A stretch of 63,999 nt of DNA, counting the filler, from Sphacelaria rigidula (Eukaryota): the NCBI GenBank assembly GCA_964200075.2. It is 3 parts of 3 records of this genome, joined end to end, with 100 filler letters (N's around TTAATTAATTAA, not from the genome) between each part and the next. Parts side by side here need not be neighbours in the genome. Positions count along the whole stretch, not along the records: positions 43,274 to 63,999 come from CAXNAA020000498.1; 2 more parts are not named here. The stretch is one strand, 5' to 3'. The position numbers and the translations under genes are program-made. Each line of letters begins with the position of its first letter. Within the stretch, counting starts at the first letter, position 1. Positions 52,109 to 63,999 of the stretch are shown here, in pieces. The notes beneath the pieces are model-generated. The model saw nothing but the letters and a program-made list of their open reading frames with translations. It made no database searches and had not been told where the DNA came from.

Positions 52109-55100
52109 ATGTCGGTGTTTATGATTGTGGGCCGTAACGAGCCCTTATACGAAGCGGATTTCAGCATCAACAGCTCAGCAGGCAAGCCATCGGGAGGAGA
52201 TGAATCAGCCCACCTCAACCAGTTCATCATTCACTCCGCACTGGACATGGTTGAGCGGAAGCAATGGTCCACCCCCGCAACGTGAGGGTCCATTTCGTGT
52301 CTCGTCTACTCTGTTCTGTTTGCGCATCGTACATCCATGCACCAGCTCACAGACGCCCTCTGAACTGGGTGGGCTGGGATGGTATGAAAAAATCGTCATT
52401 GCCGTGGGCAACAGGACATGTAGTAGTTGCAAGGTTTTTCTGCTTGCCTCATATGATGTATGCTAGCTAGAAGAGGAACGCCTCGTCGTCCGGGGGATCG
52501 AACGGTACATGACTGGTATACCCGTTTTGAAGTCATCATCACTTTTCAATCTCTCCTTTGCCAAACCTACTCCCTGTGAAGGCTGGTTCAGGGTGGTCCT
52601 GTACTTGCCCAAAAATCATTCCCCACCGGATGCAGAAAGCAAAACGAACCCGACAGCAACACACTTGGTATCGCAGTGTACACTGGGGAGAAATGGGCTG
52701 ATCCCTCGGACCACGGCCTCGTCCCGAGGAGGGGGGGAGGGATTCAACCTATGTTAAAAAAAAAAAAAATGACCCCCGCGAGCAAGCGAACAGACCGTGT
52801 GACATACGATGGCACTCGGAGTGAAATAATTCTCTCGGCCAATCAGGTGCCTTCAAAGTGTTCTAAAATTAAAATGTTGTTGTTGTTGTTGTCTTCACAT
52901 TCAAAACCGTTCCGATATCTGCGCGGTACATTCGTACTGGGCATCTGATGCGGACGCCTTCCGTCGTCACAGGCTAGCAAAAAAGCCAAAAAATGAGAAT
53001 TGCCAAAACATTTTTTACAGATATATAATTCATTTTTTCACACATAGAGCGAGCACGAGTGTGACTCGTGGCACTGACACTCGTTGGGCTGCTCGTTGGC
53101 CGTGAAAAATATCAGGGCGAGCACTCGAGTCATTGCTCCTTGTGGAAACAAACTAATTCGGCGAGCACTCGAATCATTGCTCCCTGTGGAAAAAATTAAT
53201 AGGGCGAGCACTTGAGTCATTGCTCCTTGTGGGAAAAAATAATGGGGCGAGCACACGAGTCATTGCTCCCTGTGGGAAAAAATAGTAGGGCGAGCACGCG
53301 AGTCATTTCTCGTTGTGGAATAAAATAATAAGGCGAGCACTGGAGTCACTGTTCGTTGTCGAAAAAAGTAATGACTCGAGCACACAAGCCACTGCTCGCT
53401 GTAAAAATAGTAATGACTCGAGCACACGAGTCATGCTCGTCGTGTTTTCAAAAAACATCCAGGGGTGCACTCGTTTCGATGAGTAATGACTCGTCCGATG
53501 TGTGAATTTTGTACACAATGTTATCACGAATCAAACCTTGAGAACCGCCATCAGCTATGGTGGAGAATCTAAGGCAAAAAAATAAACTGAAAACCATTTG
53601 TATGGGATCGAGTCTTGGCTCAAACCGTGGAATTACCGCGATGCTGGGTTTTGGCGTTGTTGGATTTCCACTGATGATTTGAATCAAAGATCCAGAAATA
53701 CTCGCGACGATTTATCTTATACCTGTCGTAGAAAAGCTCCGACCATCCTCAAACTTGGCCTGTGGGAGTGTGGTTAATATCGGTGCTCCAAAGGGACGAA
53801 AGAAACATTGTTGAAGAATGCTGAAAAGGTTTCTCAGCACTCTACCGGCTTCCTGGGTTCAAGACCCTAGTAGCCGGTACAACTGCCTCAAAGAAAAAAA
53901 ATCAAATAGTACTCGCCCCGAGGTATTTATAGTTGAAGGAACGTTTGTACGAAGTTTCGTTCTGTCCTACGCCAATACATATATATATATATAATCGGAA
54001 CAGAATGTGATCTCTTTTTACCTCGTCGCCTACTGCTGCAACGTGCAACCCCAGATCGAGGCACATAGACTTTTTGAATGTGGTTTACACGACATGTGGA
54101 CAAAGTCTCAGCGCGTTGCAACCCGGACAGCGTGTATGCGACATATCCTCCTGAACTGAGCACCTCTACAGGCTACGTGTGGATGACTTTCGTACAGATC
54201 GCCATGGTCCAGAGGGTATCCCCCAGTACAGATCTATGACTGAGCCAACACCCCCACCCCACACCCAAACAAAAAAACAAAAAAAAAAACAAACAAAAAA
54301 AAAAAAACAAAAAAAAAAATNNNNNNNNNCCCCCCCCCCCCCCCCCCACCCTGGTGCCGAGAGGGCCCCCCCCGCACCGGCTATCTCCTGGGCCCCCCCC
54401 CCCCCCCCCCCCAGGTGCTCAGCATTCGAAAGTAAGTGACCAGCACGTCCAGATATGCATTTACTCGCGGCGTCTGGGCTACGAGATAGCCGTGTTGAGG
54501 ACGTATCGCGGGTATGGCCGAGAACCCGAAAAATCGCCTTGTTTACTTGTGCACGCCCGAACGTGCCGCCAACTGACGTACGCGTCGTCTGTGTTGTGTC
54601 TGACTAGTTCACCGAGTTTCACGCACGAGCTCACGAGCAAAAGTTCTGTTCAAGAGTGCAACCTCTTTGTGTGCGGGTCAAGTGCGGGTATTGACATATA
54701 CTGCGGGCATCCAGATTGTCATCTTTTTATTTTGGCGTAACACTGCTGCGTTGAGTACGTAGCTCGAAAAACTGGTCCCAAACGGTCGACGCAAACTTGA
54801 ACGCACAAGAAGAACATTGTGGCATACTATAATTAAGTAATTTGGGAGTTCCGCGTACATTCGTACACTTGAGCGCACGCGAGCACAATTTATCACCCGG
54901 GTGTGTCGAGGAAGATCCTTATCATACCCAGTCGTGAAAAGAAGAGGCCGAAAAAGAAACAAGGTAACACACTGCTCTGCCATACACCGGCAGCTGCATC
55001 GTCAACCTCTACACCGTATACGACCCGTTTCCGTGGTGCTCTTTTGGGCGGAACAGCCCCTAGTGCCGCTAGGTTCTCCTGGAGGGTTTCCTCCCATTGC

Positions 55101-58100
55101 TTAGGGGGACAGCCAGCCTCCTGGGGCCCTCGTGCGGTCAACCGTCCGTTCATTATGCGTTTCGGAAGACGTCTTGCCTTCCGCCGGACAAGGGCTCCCG
55201 CGAACAGATGTGACGTTTTCGGATAGTCGTCTCGATGCGTGCGCAGTTGGTCATCCCGCGCACCGCCCTGTACGAAAGATTCTTCTAGCCATTTCGATAT
55301 TTCCTGCGGAATCCAACCACTCGTAGCAAGCGCTTATGATGGGCAGTCCGCAGACTGTCGAAGTCCTCGGGGCGTAACGTCCATGTGGCACATCCATACT
55401 ACGGAGCTTTCACCACCTCCGCTTCAAGCAGCCGGACTTTCAAAGATAGCTGGTCGTTGGGTCGGTCGTAGAGTTGGGAGCTATATTTGCGGATACGCGC
55501 CCACTCCGTCTGATTTTACCGTTGATCGGCGGCTTTGATGTGCAGGTCGGTCCCGTGGGATGTGGTACTGACCAAAGACGCCTGGACTCTCTCTTGCTCT
55601 CGGAGACCATCAGGTCGAATTCCTGGCAGGTCATCACTACCGCAGCCATCATTCGAGAGGCCTTCTGAGGTCCTCGAGACTATGCTGGCGGCGTCCGCAT
55701 AAAGCGTTGCCCACACCGCGTGTCGCACCTTTTCCAGCGGCCTTTCTTCCACGGGTTCACCACCGTCACCTTTCGGCGCATCATCTAGAAAGACCAAGTC
55801 TGAGACGATGACTGGTTCCGCCGCGAACCGCCGAACGATCACGTCGACCAAGGCTGCTCCGAAGATGTTGAACAACAGCGGAGACGAAACGCAATCTCAT
55901 CCGAGTCACTGGAAGACATGGAACCACGCTGATAGTTCGCCACCATCTAGCTGCAGCCGAGCTCGCATGCCGTCATGAAACATACGAATGGTCGTGATCA
56001 TTCGCGGCGAAACTCCGAATCGAGCAAGCACCTCCCATAGGAGCGTGCGATCTGCGGAATCGTAGGCTTTCTGCAGGTCGATAAAGCCCAGGTTTAGTGG
56101 GACGCCGCTCGCCCGCCCCGACTCCTAAAGTCGGCGTACTACGAACATCATGTCTGTGGTCGATCGGTGGCGCCTAAATCCACACTGTTTTTCCGGGAAG
56201 ACATGTGTTTCCTCACAGAAATTACCGAGCCTGCTGCCGACGATTTTGAGGAAAACTTTGGCAGCATGTGCCATACGTGAACTGCCTCCAAAGTCACTAC
56301 ACTCGGTCCTATCTTTCTTCTTGTGCGGCACTCTGAACGGGGAGGCGTCGGAGACGCTGTACCACTACCACAGCATCGTCTCTGCGGTTTGGACATCTCG
56401 AGAGGTGCCGCAGGAATGCAAAGATGTCACTATTAAAGTGCCGCATGAAAAAAAAAAGGGGACCGAGTGTGGTAACTACAGAGGCATTTCACTTGTAGCA
56501 CATGCTGCGGTACTATAATGATGGTACATTTTGTATGAGCGTGGTCATCGTTTCGAGGTGACGCGTGTACTTGTGATTAATACTGATTGGGTCTTGTAGG
56601 CTTCATATTTCCTTCATACAGTTGGTCGGTGTCCATTTTCCCGATATATAGTACCCCAAATCGGGCCCCATTCACGCGCATAACTGTTGAGACCACAGGT
56701 TATGGAGACAGTATGAGCGATACAACATGGGCGATTCTGTTTTTGTTTTTTTTCCTTTAACCTTTTTATGGAGACAGAAGTGAGCATATGCCGCTGCTAC
56801 AATTTTGTACGGCCGACCAAAGATTTCCAACTCGACACAAAATGGGGTGGGCCAGCTTGTTTCGGGTCGCCCAGCTGTACATTGCTACAAAATTGGGTGT
56901 TTACTGTTGATGCGGGTTTGTTTGGACAAACAGCAAGCATGAGCAAGCCAAGCCTTCGCTGACTTTGAGGCGTACGGTACCAGCATAGACATCCCATAGC
57001 CCGCGGTGTAATTCTTGAGCGTGTCAGTGCGCTGTGTTTTGTTCGGGTTCTTTAATGCTGGAGCGATGGAGAAAATACGATCAAACGATAAATAACGCCT
57101 TCCTTCAACTGACTCCGGGAGCCACGCAAATTGCTGCTACGCCCTCAACACCAGACGGTATGCCATGAAACAAAGCACGGTATGGCCAGCTGAAACGTTG
57201 TCAGTCGCCCACCTGTCGTGAGTGGCATGTTTCTCTCTGTGAGTTGACATCTCGACCTCGTGCAGTGTGAGTCAATCAAACGTTGCGTATGCTCTGAAAA
57301 ATTTTGCTGCGAGCGTCCATACTTCGGTTTCTGCGTGTGGAATATATTGATACCGTTAACACTATCGATTATACTCGCCGCGTGCCCCGTCATTCCCGAC
57401 ACAATGGTGGTCGAGTGTGCAGCGTTCAGCCCCCAAATCCGCGGAGTTCGTCATCATATACGAAAATACGAAGGCATTTGGAAGCGTGTAAACAACTAAG
57501 CAAGTGTGGGTGGAACGTTGCACCCTTATCCATGGGTTACCGACTTGGGTAGGCTTTTTTGTGAGTAGCATGGACCTGGGAGAAAGGTTAACCGTGCCGT
57601 GGGACGTGGTCCCCACCCCCGACCCAGCTACGTGTACGCACCGACCGTACTTGGTGCGCCGTATCTTTGGCGGGTGCTTACTTCACCCCTCACTCGCCTG
57701 CCTAAATGCTCTCGATATCGCGTGGACACCTGTTTCAGTAACCTTGAGCTTTCCACCCCTTTTTTTCAAGTACGAGTGGTGTCGAGCAGGTCCAGATATC
57801 TGAGATCTTATGCTGTAGACCAAGTGTACCACGCAGCGTGCTGAAGGTTAGAGTTGGACATGCGGGCGAGTATACATGGCATGTCTGTCTGCAAGGCACG
57901 GTATGTATTGCTCGTGCGTCGGTCGCCCCGGTAGCTCAGTTGGTAACCTCGAAACTGACGGCTGGGACGTGGATTGGAATCTCAGCGAAGTGACACGATC
58001 TGGGGTTTATTCTAACATGGTGACCAACAGTGGAGAGCGATTATGGCGTGAGTGCACGAATTTCGATTTCACAGTCGATGAGGGGAAGGTACCATCGAAC

Positions 58101-58891
58101 CCTTTTGGCGATCAAGAGAAAGTCAATCACCGCAGAGGAAAGATAGAGTACTACAAACAAAATAAAGAACATGAACTCCTGTATCGACCTTTCTCCTTTC
58201 TGACCCCTGCTGATATGCCCGCGTATATCGAAATGTGTAGAATGGCGTCCAGAATAGGTGGAATAACACAAACGCGCGTCCGCGGGGGCGTTAACTGCCA
58301 CCCTCCATGAGTGGCACCCACCCCTGCGTGATGGATTTTCAACTATTTTTTCCACCATGTCGGTATCCATGATACCGCACGGGGGGTCGTCGTTTACTCC
58401 CCCCATGATATAACGCCCATGGGGTGTATACGGCAGAAGACTAGTTATTGTCCACACAGTGTCGAATCTCTTGCAAGATGATGTATTTTGCTGTTGGTAA
58501 TCCAGGACTACAGAGAATGTTCTGACTTCGAAGCACACCGCACACCGTATCTTGTACATGGAAAATATTTTCTCCTTCTCGTTGATGTTTCCTCGTTCTT
58601 GGTGTGTGCCTTAGCTGCCCCCCCACCCCACCCCGCCCTCGCCCTCCCTACCCTTTCCCCTGTCCGTTTCGAGTTCCGCTCCAGGTATCTTCGGGTTGTG
58701 GACAAGTTCAACGAACAGAACGTGTCGGCCTTCTTGTCGGCGGGAGGCGCGAAGCTGATGCTGCTGCATGACGGAAGGCCAGACGAAGCAATCAGGAATT
58801 TCTTCAATGAGGTCCACGAACATTACGTGAAGGCACGTATGTATGTATGATGATGATAGAACATCGAGGTACCATATTGATGCCTGACTCC

Positions 58892-58924
<33 letters not shown>

Positions 58925-59935
58925 CCAACACAAAAGTGGACACTGCCGCAGTGTGTGTGCGTGTGCGTGTGCTGTCATCCCATGTATTCTGGACGACAGT
59001 TTACACCTTTCGGTATATGTGGGTGCATCAGCCAGGGTCACACGGGAGGAAGGCCAACACGAGATTTATTTTATTTTATTGTAGTACTCCGCGTTCCTTC
59101 TGCAGTGCTTGCCTTGGCTTTTATCCCGAAAAGGGTTCAACGGTCCGTTTACTTCGACGACCGAGAAGTCGAATCTTGTCGTAGTACGCACTACTATACT
59201 GTCAGGTGAAAAGCGTGATGTCGGAAACTGTCTGGTGAAGTTACGGCCCCGTCGTTACTGGTGTATGAGAGACCATGCCTTTGGATAATGAGTGGGTTCG
59301 TAACGCATCTGTTGATGATCAATCGAATGGATCCGATAGAGAGTCCTGGGGACGTGTTTGTTCTGTCAGCGTGTATGTATGGTGAATTCGACACTTGCGA
59401 AAACTCGCAGTGCTTCTCTCAGCGTTTTTAAGGTTTTGCGTGTGTTGCGCGTGAACAAAAACAATGCGTCCGAGAAGTGTGGGCTTTCATGAGATATACG
59501 AACGCTGACAAAAAAGTTGGTTACACTGAACTGACCCCGAGAAAAAAAAAAGAAGGAAAGTGTTTCCGAAATTCTCCCATGTCTCGAAATCCCGCGCTGT
59601 TATTTTGACAATCATGGCTGACCCAGCATCGTGAGCGTCTCAGCACCTCCTGCGCAGCGTTCTCTCCATCTCTTGAGCTTCCTGGCTGATCCAGTGACGT
59701 TTACTATATCAATCACCCAAGGATCCAAACTACCCTTGGTGTAGTCGTGTACGCAAGCAGTAAGAACCGTTTTCGTTTCCTTGCCTGGCTCTAAACCGTC
59801 CTCGTCGTCACATCCCTCCGCGCACTTCTTGCCTGTTTTCAGCTGCTCATGAACCCCTTCTACGCGTACGATTCTCCGATCATATCTCCGGCGTTTGACC
59901 AACGAGTCAAGGCGCTAGCGAGAAAGTTCTTATAG
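52109..59935 (+). CDS. TRAPPC2: Trafficking protein particle complex subunit 2 (sedlin/Trs20); 3 exons, 137 aa
   Basis: Exons 52109-52281 ([18 protein letters not shown]...[25 protein letters not shown]), 58685-58832 ([49 protein letters not shown]) and 59843-59935 ([30 protein letters not shown]). Phases are consistent (414 nt) and the sedlin motifs are clear. Confidence 0.93.
53037..53506. mobile_element. MITE-like element (~470 bp) with an internal ~43-bp tandem array
   Basis: Imperfect terminal inverted repeats: TTCACACATAGAGCGAG on the left, reverse complement TTCACACATCGGACGAG on the right. TTTT flanks both ends. About 8 units of GGCGAGCACTCGAGTCATTGCTCCTTGTGGAAAAAA-like sequence start near 53116, 53160, 53203, 53246, 53289, 53332, 53375 and 53417. 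Confidence 0.6.
54970..56510 (-). mobile_element. Decayed non-LTR retrotransposon (RTE-like LINE, RT region) in TRAPPC2 intron 1, with an inverted 5' segment
   Basis: The minus strand reads [67 protein letters not shown] and [12 protein letters not shown] (YADD degraded to YADA), with stops and frameshifts. The plus strand at 56332-56510 reads [35 protein letters not shown]. Confidence 0.9.
58894..58922 (+). repeat. (GCT)n microsatellite in TRAPPC2 intron 2
   Basis: Run of about 9-10 TGC units. Confidence 0.9.
58969..59190 (+). repeat. Interspersed ~230-bp SINE-like repeat, copy B (TRAPPC2 intron 2)
   Basis: Homologous to the reverse complement of 43881-44119. Confidence 0.75.
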
Positions 59936-60853
59936 GGGGGGGGGCGACAAGAAGATGTAGTTCAGCGGATGCGATCATTTTCCACCGTTACGGGTCGCTC
60001 AGGTCGTGAGCGAGGCTACATAAATGAACGTATGCCTAGCTTGGTTGTACACATTCACAGCTTGAACGGGTAGCAGTGGAATTCCTGACACTGTCTGCAT
60101 CAATTGTGTTTCGGGCTCAAGATTTCGCTCTTCATCTCTTGTACATATGGGATTTGACGTAAGATGTAGGCGCCTTGTGTGTGTGTGTGTCTGGGTGTCC
60201 ATCTTCGTCGACTCTGCTTTACCTCAGCGTGAGCAGTCCGAGTGAGTGGGTGTACCAGTATCTGCTCATGTATCTTCCATTAAAGGTGCGTAATGATGTG
60301 GATGATAATATTTGTGATGCGTGTTGAGTCTAGTGGATGCCGGTGGATAGGCTGGTACATTGCCGGTGTGCTGGATCCGCGGCGGTCTGTAATCTGTAGT
60401 GCACATGAGCACATGAGTTGTGGGTGGCAAGAGTGGCAGAAATAGTGCGTACGTGGAGAGGATTTGACGGGGTTATTTTCTTGTCTCGTCGGGCAGAAAA
60501 CATCCGAAGCTGTGGTGTAATACCTTCGTTCGATCGTTGAGCTCAATCTCTCCACGAGGTCGCGTGTGATGTAGAGCTCATGCAAAATGAATCCAACCAT
60601 CGGATTCAGCGCCTTCGTTTTTCTCTGCACCGATAATGGGTCGGGTTGTGAGTACCAAAAATTGTGAGTTTTTCTTCTCTATGGTTGTCCGCTCCAGTCG
60701 CTGTATCGTGATTGCTGCTTGGTCGGCCGGAAATACATTGATCTTTCTCCAGTTGACCAAGGGAAGGAGGCGGTTTGTGCCAACTTTTTTTAAAGCCGTC
60801 TCGCCCGAGATGACCATGTTGTCATGTTCCACGCAGTGGTAGAGATGATGGGC

Positions 60854-61996
60854 TCATGGCGACGAGCTGCCCATCGACGTGCGGACGACAACGTGGTCGC
60901 CACTTTCCATAACATCTTTGATCATGGCAGCCATATCCACGGCAGTCCCGTTGGTCGTTTCCACGGCTATTGGTGTGCCGATTTCGTCCCAGCCCTAGAA
61001 GCAACGATTTTTCCGTTCGCGGTTGGTTGTATGGCCGGGTAAGGGACACGCGGCGTCACAGAACATATTTTAGTTTAGCCTTTTTGTGGGAGTCACTGGT
61101 CGTATTTTATGGGTACGATTTCCATATACTGATGAAACTAATCTACAGTAGCTGTTGTATTGTAGCCGACGGGAGCTGCAAGCTTTCAAGCGTATCGTCT
61201 CGGTGCTGAAGTAGTGACGCTTGTACATTCCGTCTGGTCATTTCATGCTGTACTTCTTCATGTTTTTGTCTCTGCTTCGTGACTCATCTCCACGAGTAAA
61301 GCTATTCGCAAGAGCTCCGTGCGGCTTCTTCTTGGTAGAAACGACAGTAAAGGACACTAACCACGATGATCAAGGCTCCTATGTTATTATTTTCGTCGCT
61401 CCAGCTCAATGGATAACGTGAAGTATCTAGCGCTGGCTGTGATCATGAACGGTGTCTGTGTTGTACCGATTCTGCAGAGAACTTGATTCATGGTTGTACG
61501 TCGCTTGAGCACGCCGTCAATATCAAGGCAATGCGGTACAATCGTCCGCTCAAGAGGCGAACAAAAGCTGGGAAGGGAGGTTGGGGGGGGGGCGAAGGCG
61601 TACTCATTGGCACAGTTTGGGGGAGGGGGGGAGGGGGGATGCGTTTCAAAAATTACAAAAAATACAATTACTAGTGATACTCTTTTCTCGACACATTACG
61701 CATGTATTTTGCACCTGTTTCAGCTTATTTTAATAGCACAAGCACCATGAGACTTCATCGACTCCCTTCGTCACGTGCTTGTGTTTCGAATGTCTTTAGC
61801 CCTGGCTCACTTCACTACACTACCCTCCTTTACCCTGTGGATTGTGGCAGGGGTGGAATGCTATTTTCACCTTAAAGTGAACGTCGTCGGTGCGAGAGAC
61901 CCCCGCATGTGCAAGCCACGTGATGCGTTGCGTCGCGCAGCCGCAGGGGACGGTCACGACCATGCCACCCACATGAACGTGCACCACAAAACGCAT
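60854..61996 (-). CDS. Small 2-exon protein (88 aa) resembling a stand-alone Par3/HAL N-terminal (PB1/ubiquitin-like) domain
   Basis: Exon 1 61996-61871 MRFVVHVHVGGMVVTVPCGCATQRITWLAHAGVSRTDDVHFK (donor AAG|GTGAAA). Exon 2 60994-60854 GWDEIGTPIAVETTNGTAVDMAAMIKDVMESGDHVVVRTSMGSSSP* (acceptor TTGCTTCTAG|). Phase 0 join. The VHV...VPC...WL pattern matches the HAL/Par3 N-terminal domain as recalled. Confidence 0.7.
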
Positions 61997-63925
61997 TGTG
62001 AACACCCGAATTTTTCTGTGTAATGGCTTGGCGCCGGTGCGGGCAGAACTGTTCTCATCAACGGTGAGAAACGAGTGCTCCTTCTTGGGAAGAATTGTGG
62101 TTACGTACGGTCTCGCCGTCCACGCTTTCCGCGTCCCCCCCACTCGAAAACGCGATGGTTGCACAGCTGTTGTTCCAGAACGACATCAAGTGGCAAAAGT
62201 TACCGTTTCTGAATCCGACGCTGATGGCCGCAAAAAGCTGCTCTGCTGGTTGTTTTATATAGCTTGGCGCAGGCATAGCCCCGATACTGAGCGAATCGCG
62301 GATTGCACTGCACTTAGAATGTGATAATCGTGATGACCTTGGGCGCTTCGGGTGCTATTGTGACGCACTAAGATGGGAGGTGGACATAAATCAGTGGTCA
62401 TCGTGAAACTGTCAATTTTTCAATCGGGATATAGAAACAACGGCGGGAAGATTCGGAAACCACTGAGAACCCTATTTTAAAGAAGTGCATCTACTGTAGC
62501 AACTAACGGGTAGCACTATCAACAGCGCCGAGTGACGCTGATTCATCAGATGAGATATGCTCGATTCAATGGTTATTACTGTACAGTAACTTGCCTTGGC
62601 ATCCGCGGGCAGTCTGGTGCATAGAAGAAGCGATTTTCAACCGTCTTATTTCTACAAACCAGCGTGCGGTACCAAGAAACACCAACAGCAGCAGCTCACA
62701 GCTGCACAAAGAGCGTATTTATGCCACTTATTACGACCCAAGCGTGTGCGCACGTACGGTACACCAACTGCCCGTGGTCAACTCTTCTCTGGTGAAGCCA
62801 AATCGTGTAAAAACATACCGCCGGCACGGCGCCTCCAGCGGGGCCCTCCGGGGGTGCCTCCGGCGAGGCCCTCTCTGCCGGGGGGGGGCATTTTCGCGCG
62901 CGACTTCGCCGCCCTTTATACCCAACCATTATATACCATTGAAGTGATTAATGGTTGCGCTATATACGTGTAACCATTAACCAGTTCAACGGTTAGACGG
63001 ACCATTTATTTCCGAGCTCTAGTAGTATGTATAGTAGTAGTAGTCCTCTCAACTTCTGAGAGGATTCCAACACCTGAACTCGGCCTCTTTTGTCCATCCA
63101 CTTCTTCTGTGAATCGAGTAGAAAAATCCTTTGTACCGTTCTCCACGATTTCTCTTTGGGTTCTCATTCACAATTCCGCACCAGAAATCTCCAAAAAATG
63201 CCAAATATACAGCCACCCGGTATCATCGTATTTGCTCGTACAGCACGGTACAGCGGTACGATATCGGCTAACTCCAACGACGCGAGAATATGATTACTTT
63301 TCGGTTATTTGTGGCACTATACCTTATGATACAGTATAAATGAAAAATGTGAGGCCCCAAAAACCAAAAACCTATCGCCTGCGCGATTATGCTGCAAGTA
63401 TCACAGACCAAGATAAACACCAGGAAACTCATGGTGCTATACTGTTGTCGTAACAACAGTATACGCTCCCGCAAGCGTTGGATCGCGGGAACGAGAATTT
63501 TCACGGAGGTGAAAACATATACTTTTAAACTGATGTTCTCAGTCTTTGTATGTGGCCGTGTAAAACCGAGCGCGTTGCATAGCGGGTTAGCTCTCCAGGG
63601 CTTGGTGCTGAGCATGGTGTCTTTGAGGAGGAGTGGTATAGCGAGAGTTGCACATCCTTCATCCACGCCACAGTCGCTGCAGTCTGGTTCTCCCAGCACA
63701 TCGCGAAAGGTCGGTCCCTTCACAGGACGGTGGTACAGACAAATATGGCACGGCAGTCAGAATGTGTAGTCGTATACTCTCAGCGCACAGTGTTGGTGTC
63801 CTTCAATTTCTGGCACGGCACTGCCATCAGCAAGAAGTTACAGTGTCGTTGGCGATAGTATCACCAACACTAACCTACAAAAGCTTCTTAGATATGCCTG
63901 GGGCAAAACGTGTGTATACGGAGTA

Positions 63926-63960
<35 letters not shown>

Positions 63961-63999
63961 ACACAATAATCACCCCCCCTCCTCCGCGCCCCACCCGCG

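Noticed and set aside
53116-53440. CRISPR-like periodic array
   Set aside because: Units are contiguous ~43-bp degenerate copies with no unique spacers, no cas genes are present, and the context is a eukaryotic intron.
54251-54412. K-rich and P-rich ORFs around the poly-A/poly-C tract
   Set aside because: Low-quality homopolymer sequence flanking a 9-N gap.
60578-60856. Read-through or selenocysteine at the TGA ending the Par3/HAL-like gene (frame stays open ~90 codons)
   Set aside because: The domain appears complete at the TGA, the context TGA-G is not a leaky-stop context, no SECIS was seen, and the extension has no recognisable features.
63268-63723. Minus-strand exon-like segment (GPTFRDVLGEPDCSDCG...)
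   Set aside because: Weak splice sites, no partner exons or family identified, and it lies at the window edge.

Overview
Intron-rich eukaryotic genomic DNA, not prokaryotic. Long GT-AG introns, RTE-type LINE decay and the repeat content suggest a stramenopile, probably a brown alga (inference). Two identical 100-nt N-linkers containing TTAATTAATTAA (21542-21641, 43174-43273) split the window into three segments whose adjacency is unproven. Genes assembled by hand with splice-phase checks: a complete 23-exon single-chain ATP-citrate lyase (- strand, 25174-40474, 1097 aa); the first exon of a SNF5/INI1-like gene head-to-head with it; a 3-exon TRAPPC2/sedlin (52109-59935, probable GC-AG intron 2); a 2-exon 88-aa stand-alone Par3/HAL-N-terminal-like protein (- strand, 60854-61996); and the 3' part of a coiled-coil protein with two C-terminal hydrophobic segments (9242-15034). 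The most unusual signals are fold-back sequences in the coiled-coil gene that pair intron with exon or exon-like sequence around splice donors (including a gapless 117-bp G-U-rich hairpin), a 90-bp near-perfect palindrome at the window start, and a LINE remnant with a twin-priming-type 5' inversion. No CRISPR array, rRNA or intact tRNA was found.
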